From: Macrostomum hystrix
Lineage: Eukaryota; Animalia; Platyhelminthes
DNA: 64,000 bases
Reading direction: 5' to 3'
Assembly (NCBI GenBank): GCA_950097015.1
Contig: CATNEN010000007.1
Location: 11,718,001 to 11,782,000 of the forward strand
The notes under the pieces: model-generated
Told to the model about the DNA's origin: nothing
Databases searched by the model: none
The model's input: the letters and a program-made list of their open reading frames with translations, nothing else
Position numbers and translations under genes: made by a program
Shown here: one piece after another, positions 61,501 through 64,000 of the stretch
Position numbering within the stretch: position 1 is the first letter of the stretch
Layout of the letters: every line of letters begins with the position of its first letter

Positions 61501-64000
61501 TCTTATCCAAGAGAGTCCTGCTGCTCTCACGTGTCCTTATGAAACTCTTATCCAAGAGAGTCCTGCTGCTCTCACGTGTCCTTATGAAACTCTTATCCAA
61601 GAGAGTCCTGCTGCTCTCACGTGTCCTTATGAAACTCTTATCCAAGAGAGTCCTGCTGCTCTCACGTGTCCTTATGAAACTCTTATCCAAGAGAGTCCTG
61701 CTGCTCTCACGTGTCCTTATGAAACTCTTATCCAAGAGAGTCCTGCTGCTCTCACGTGTCCTTATGAAACTCTTATCCAAGAGAGTCCTGCTGCTCTCAC
61801 GTGTCCTTATGAAACTCTTATCCAAGAGAGTCCTGCTGCTCTCACGTGTCCTTATGAAACTCTTATCCAAGAGAGTCCTGCTGCTTTCACTTGTCCTTAT
61901 GAAACTCTTATCCAAGAGAGTCCTGCTGCTCTCACGTGTCCTTATGAAACTCTTATCCAAGAGAGTCCTGCTGCTCTCACGTGTCCTTATGAAACTCTTA
62001 TCCAAGAGAGTCCTGCTGCTCTCACGTGTCCTTATGAAACTCTTATCCAAGAGAGTCCTGCTGCTCTCACGTGTCCTTATGAAACTCTTATCCAAGAGAG
62101 TCCTGCTGCTCTCACGTGTCCTTATGAAACTCTTATCCAAGAGAGTCCTGCTGCTCTCACGTGTCCTTATAAAACTCTTATCCAAGAGAGTCCTGCTGCT
62201 CTCACGTGTCCTTATAAAACTCTTATCCAAGAGAGTCCTGCTGCTCTCACGTGTCCTTATGAAACTCTTATCCAAGAGAGTCCTGCTGCTCTCACGTGTC
62301 CTTATGAAACTCTTATCCAAGAGAGTCCTGCTGCTCTCACGTGTCCTTATGAAACTCTTATCCAAGAGAGTCCTGCTGCTCTCACGTGTCCTTATGAAAC
62401 TCTTATCCAAGAGAGTCCTGCTGCTCTCACGTGTCCTTATGAAACTCTTATCCAAGAGAGTCCTGCTGCTCTCACGTGTCCTTATAAAACTCTTATCCAA
62501 GAGAGTCCTGCTGCTCTCACGTGTCCTTAGGAAACTCTTATCCAAGAGAGTCCTGCTGCTCTCACGTGTCCTTATGAAACTCTTATCCAAGAGAGTCCTG
62601 CTGCTCTCACGTGTCCTTAGGAAACTCTTATCCAAGAGAGTCCTGCTGCTCTCACTTGTCCTTATGAAACTCTTATCCGAAAGAGTCCTGTAGTTTTCGC
62701 TCGTTGGGCTCGGTCTGATGCCTTGGTGGAGGTCCGCCGAAGTCCGTCGAAGACGTCTGAGGTTTTTGGATTCTCGGGAATCACGTATTTATAGCCGACC
62801 CCTCCCATGCGATGCCATTCGCTGAGGCTCATTCGAGCTCTCTCATTGGCCGGAATGAAGTCACAGACGGAAATTGTACGGGTGTGCCACAAGAGCGGTG
62901 GAAAAACAATGGAAATATCAGCCAACTTGCGGCTTTCGCATTCACGACCTTAAAACATTGCGACGCAATGAATAACAGAAGAGTATCCAACCTTTTTAAA
63001 TCGTTCCTGTGTTTTTCAAATAGATAAAGAATGAATATGGTTCGCTAGTAATGTCACGAGTACGCTAGCTAGTACACTAGTATGCGCTAGTATGCTATGT
63101 CACGCTCACATTTTATCTGGAATCGCTTGCAGACTGCGATTTGATTGGGTTCGACCAGGTGACCGCCAGCAGTGAATCGAGTGTGCAGCTGCGCTTCGTC
63201 TTTAATGAGGTCTACCACTTCACGGGCTTCTCGCTGAACTCCAGCCTGCCCGTGGAATTCCAACTGCAGTATAAATCCATGAGGAACTGGACGTTCATCA
63301 ACTTCACCGTGCTTGGAACTGTTACGGTAGGGCTTAGCATTATTGCGAGTGCTTCTTTTATCAATTTTATTGCGCACCCTGAGTTACATAACAACACAAT
63401 AATTGAACTAAGGTGATGTCTTTGAATTCGTATCTTTCAACTCGAAAGCGGGATTTAATTGCGATTAGTGATTTCTTATAGTAAAAAGTTAGTACTTCGG
63501 ACTGTAAAAGTTATAGAAAGGAAACATCAGGTTTGTAGGCTATATTTAATGCAAATTTCGGAGTTATGTGGCTTCTGGTGTGTCATAAGTAATGTCACTG
63601 AGGGAAAAATAGACCAACTGGCAATCCCAGATGAGCAAAGCTCTTTCAATCAACAACACCAATGTCCCCCAATATCAATCACCCTCTGGCAGTGCTCGTA
63701 CAGCTTCTTGAACCTCAGCCTGCAGGTGTTTTTCCTTCAACTGCCGGAACCAGTGTAACGCTGCTTATTTGACCTCGACATGGTTTGCGAAACTTCTCTT
63801 GGAAAAGTCTGCCTTCAGTCACTTGTATAGAAACCGGTCGCACAAGCTAAAGTCTGGGCTGCAGGGACTCTGCCAGAGTAGATTCACTCGCCGTCCAGAA
63901 AATCCGAAACAACAGGTGTGCGGTCGTGCGTTATCCATCTGGCGCAGCACATCGTTCAGGTGAATCGGGTTTGACCGGAGCGAGTGCCAGAGGCCTCCAG
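28472..64000 (+). CDS. Giant multi-exon secreted mosaic protein: signal peptide plus three macro-repeats of CTLD / F5/8-C / kringle-like / F-type lectin / LamG-FAMeT-like domains; continues past the window end
   Basis: Dozens of short same-strand GT-AG exons. The junctions I checked are phase-compatible. The same ordered series of exons recurs three times (~28.9-40.6 kb, ~41.3-50.3 kb, ~50.3-64 kb). Not every junction was verified. Confidence 0.78.
28928..29308 (+). CDS. C-type lectin-like domain 1
   Basis: CPSGWAQHFDKCLK..YEASSSYC..GQLF..FYVDA..DCAVY..VSCSTSTGFICQIP. Confidence 0.85.
29800..29950 (+). mobile_element. tRNA-derived SINE (A/B boxes and core)
   Basis: A box GTAGCCGAGTGG, degenerate B box GGCTCGATTCCC, then a core-like AAGACACTAAACTCTGCATTGCTTCAGTTCACCCAGC..AAATG. 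Related fragments lie at 27440-27525 and 21140-21180 on the minus strand. Confidence 0.75.
32987..33576. mobile_element. Complete 590-bp non-autonomous DNA transposon with TTAA flanks (piggyBac-like target site)
   Basis: TTAA|CAGTAGGACTACCA ... TGGTAGTTCTACTG|TTAA. Second copy at 25842. Confidence 0.85.
34141..34665. repeat. 49-bp tandem repeat, ~11 copies, spanning an exon/intron boundary
   Basis: Unit GGACCGGGTGAGCTGGCCATATGGAATGTGTGCAGTTCAAGCAAGATTG. Confidence 0.96.
37388..38072 (+). CDS. F-type lectin-like domain of macro-repeat 1 (three exons)
   Basis: LLSRNQPA..ALTDG..WIYIDMGYSRNFSHVVTF ... TARYLTVKK..LSFAEIEVYG. Counterparts at 45635-46248 (VAVDLG..ARYFGV..SICEIEIYG) and 58520-59952 (WMLDLG..ARYAGL..SFTEFEVFG). 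Confidence 0.72.
38241..38672. repeat. 63-bp intronic tandem repeat, ~7 copies
   Basis: Unit GCCCCATTGCCATCCGTGGCCCTGGCATGCGGCATTAAGAAAGTCCTCTTACCTC(C/T)ACCCCTT. Confidence 0.95.
41323..42003 (+). CDS. C-type lectin-like domain 2 (two exons)
   Basis: ECPPGWQPKYNICL..WNASLDYC..GTLFMPK | FHVGIRR..WSWLDGS..DCAAL..TSCSSPCSLLCQIP. Confidence 0.85.
46493..49005 (+). mobile_element. Internally deleted Ty3/Gypsy LTR retrotransposon in an intron; LTRs ~46493-46698 and 48804-49005
   Basis: LTRs TGTAGTGCA...TGCACTACA, 5-bp TSD CAACT, PPT GAGGGGGAGAGA. Gag with CCHC knuckle (CNLCGKRNHLAS). Integrase with HHCC and DDE (VDVCGPFP..TDNA..GEVERFNRSL). Frameshifts and stops are present. Confidence 0.95.
50340..51001 (+). 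CDS. C-type lectin-like domain 3 (two exons)
   Basis: ECPLGFTPSFNVCV..AQNHC..GTLYMPK | IHVGLSRNSSTGRWEWFDG..YFACQL. Confidence 0.8.
51665..55207. repeat. 43-bp intronic satellite, ~82 copies (GCTTCAGTTCACCCAGTTGTAGAATCGACACCAGAATCCAGTA)
   Basis: Directly visible 43-bp period. Confidence 0.98.
56685..56870. repeat. Degenerate ~16-bp pyrimidine-rich repeat (TCTCATCTCTCCTGTG)
   Basis: Directly visible. Confidence 0.85.
59030..59292 (+). CDS. Kringle domain in macro-repeat 3
   Basis: C..SYFGKTNVTIGGIPCQNW..ENFCR..FFCYTMDPSVTVQTCQVMPC has the canonical kringle cysteine and motif pattern. Confidence 0.88.
61091..62690. repeat. 45-bp intronic satellite, ~35 near-identical copies (GAAACTCTTATCCAAGAGAGTCCTGCTGCTCTCACGTGTCCTTAT)
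   Basis: Directly visible; lies between exons ending ~60769 and starting ~63133. Confidence 0.98.

Noticed and set aside
60971-62693. ORFs of 519-566 aa as real genes
   Set aside because: Translations of a 45-bp satellite that is open on both strands, with no non-repeat domain.

Overview
Eukaryotic (animal) genomic DNA with GT-AG introns, GC-rich exons and very dense minisatellites. This style suggests a free-living flatworm such as Macrostomum, which is an inference only. The left part (4.7-16.9 kb) is a compact cluster of minus-strand housekeeping genes: POC1, CCT8, a TRMT9B-like tRNA methyltransferase and a Twinkle helicase. An NPAS4/dysfusion-like bHLH-PAS gene and a truncated dynein light chain lie antisense between them. 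Three of the four minus-strand genes have no ATG of their own and start at a phase-0 3' splice site, as expected if a spliced-leader AUG supplies the start codon. The Twinkle copy also lacks its primase-like half. The middle (17-27.5 kb) is AT-rich transposon debris: a Helitron, several MITEs, a LINE fragment and SINEs. From 28,472 to beyond the window end lies one giant multi-exon plus-strand gene for a secreted mosaic protein. It is built from three diverged ~1,200-aa macro-repeats of C-type lectin, F5/8-C, kringle-like, F-type lectin and LamG/FAMeT-like domains. Its introns hold an internally deleted Gypsy LTR element and several satellites. All calls come from reading the sequence and from remembered family motifs; no searches were run.
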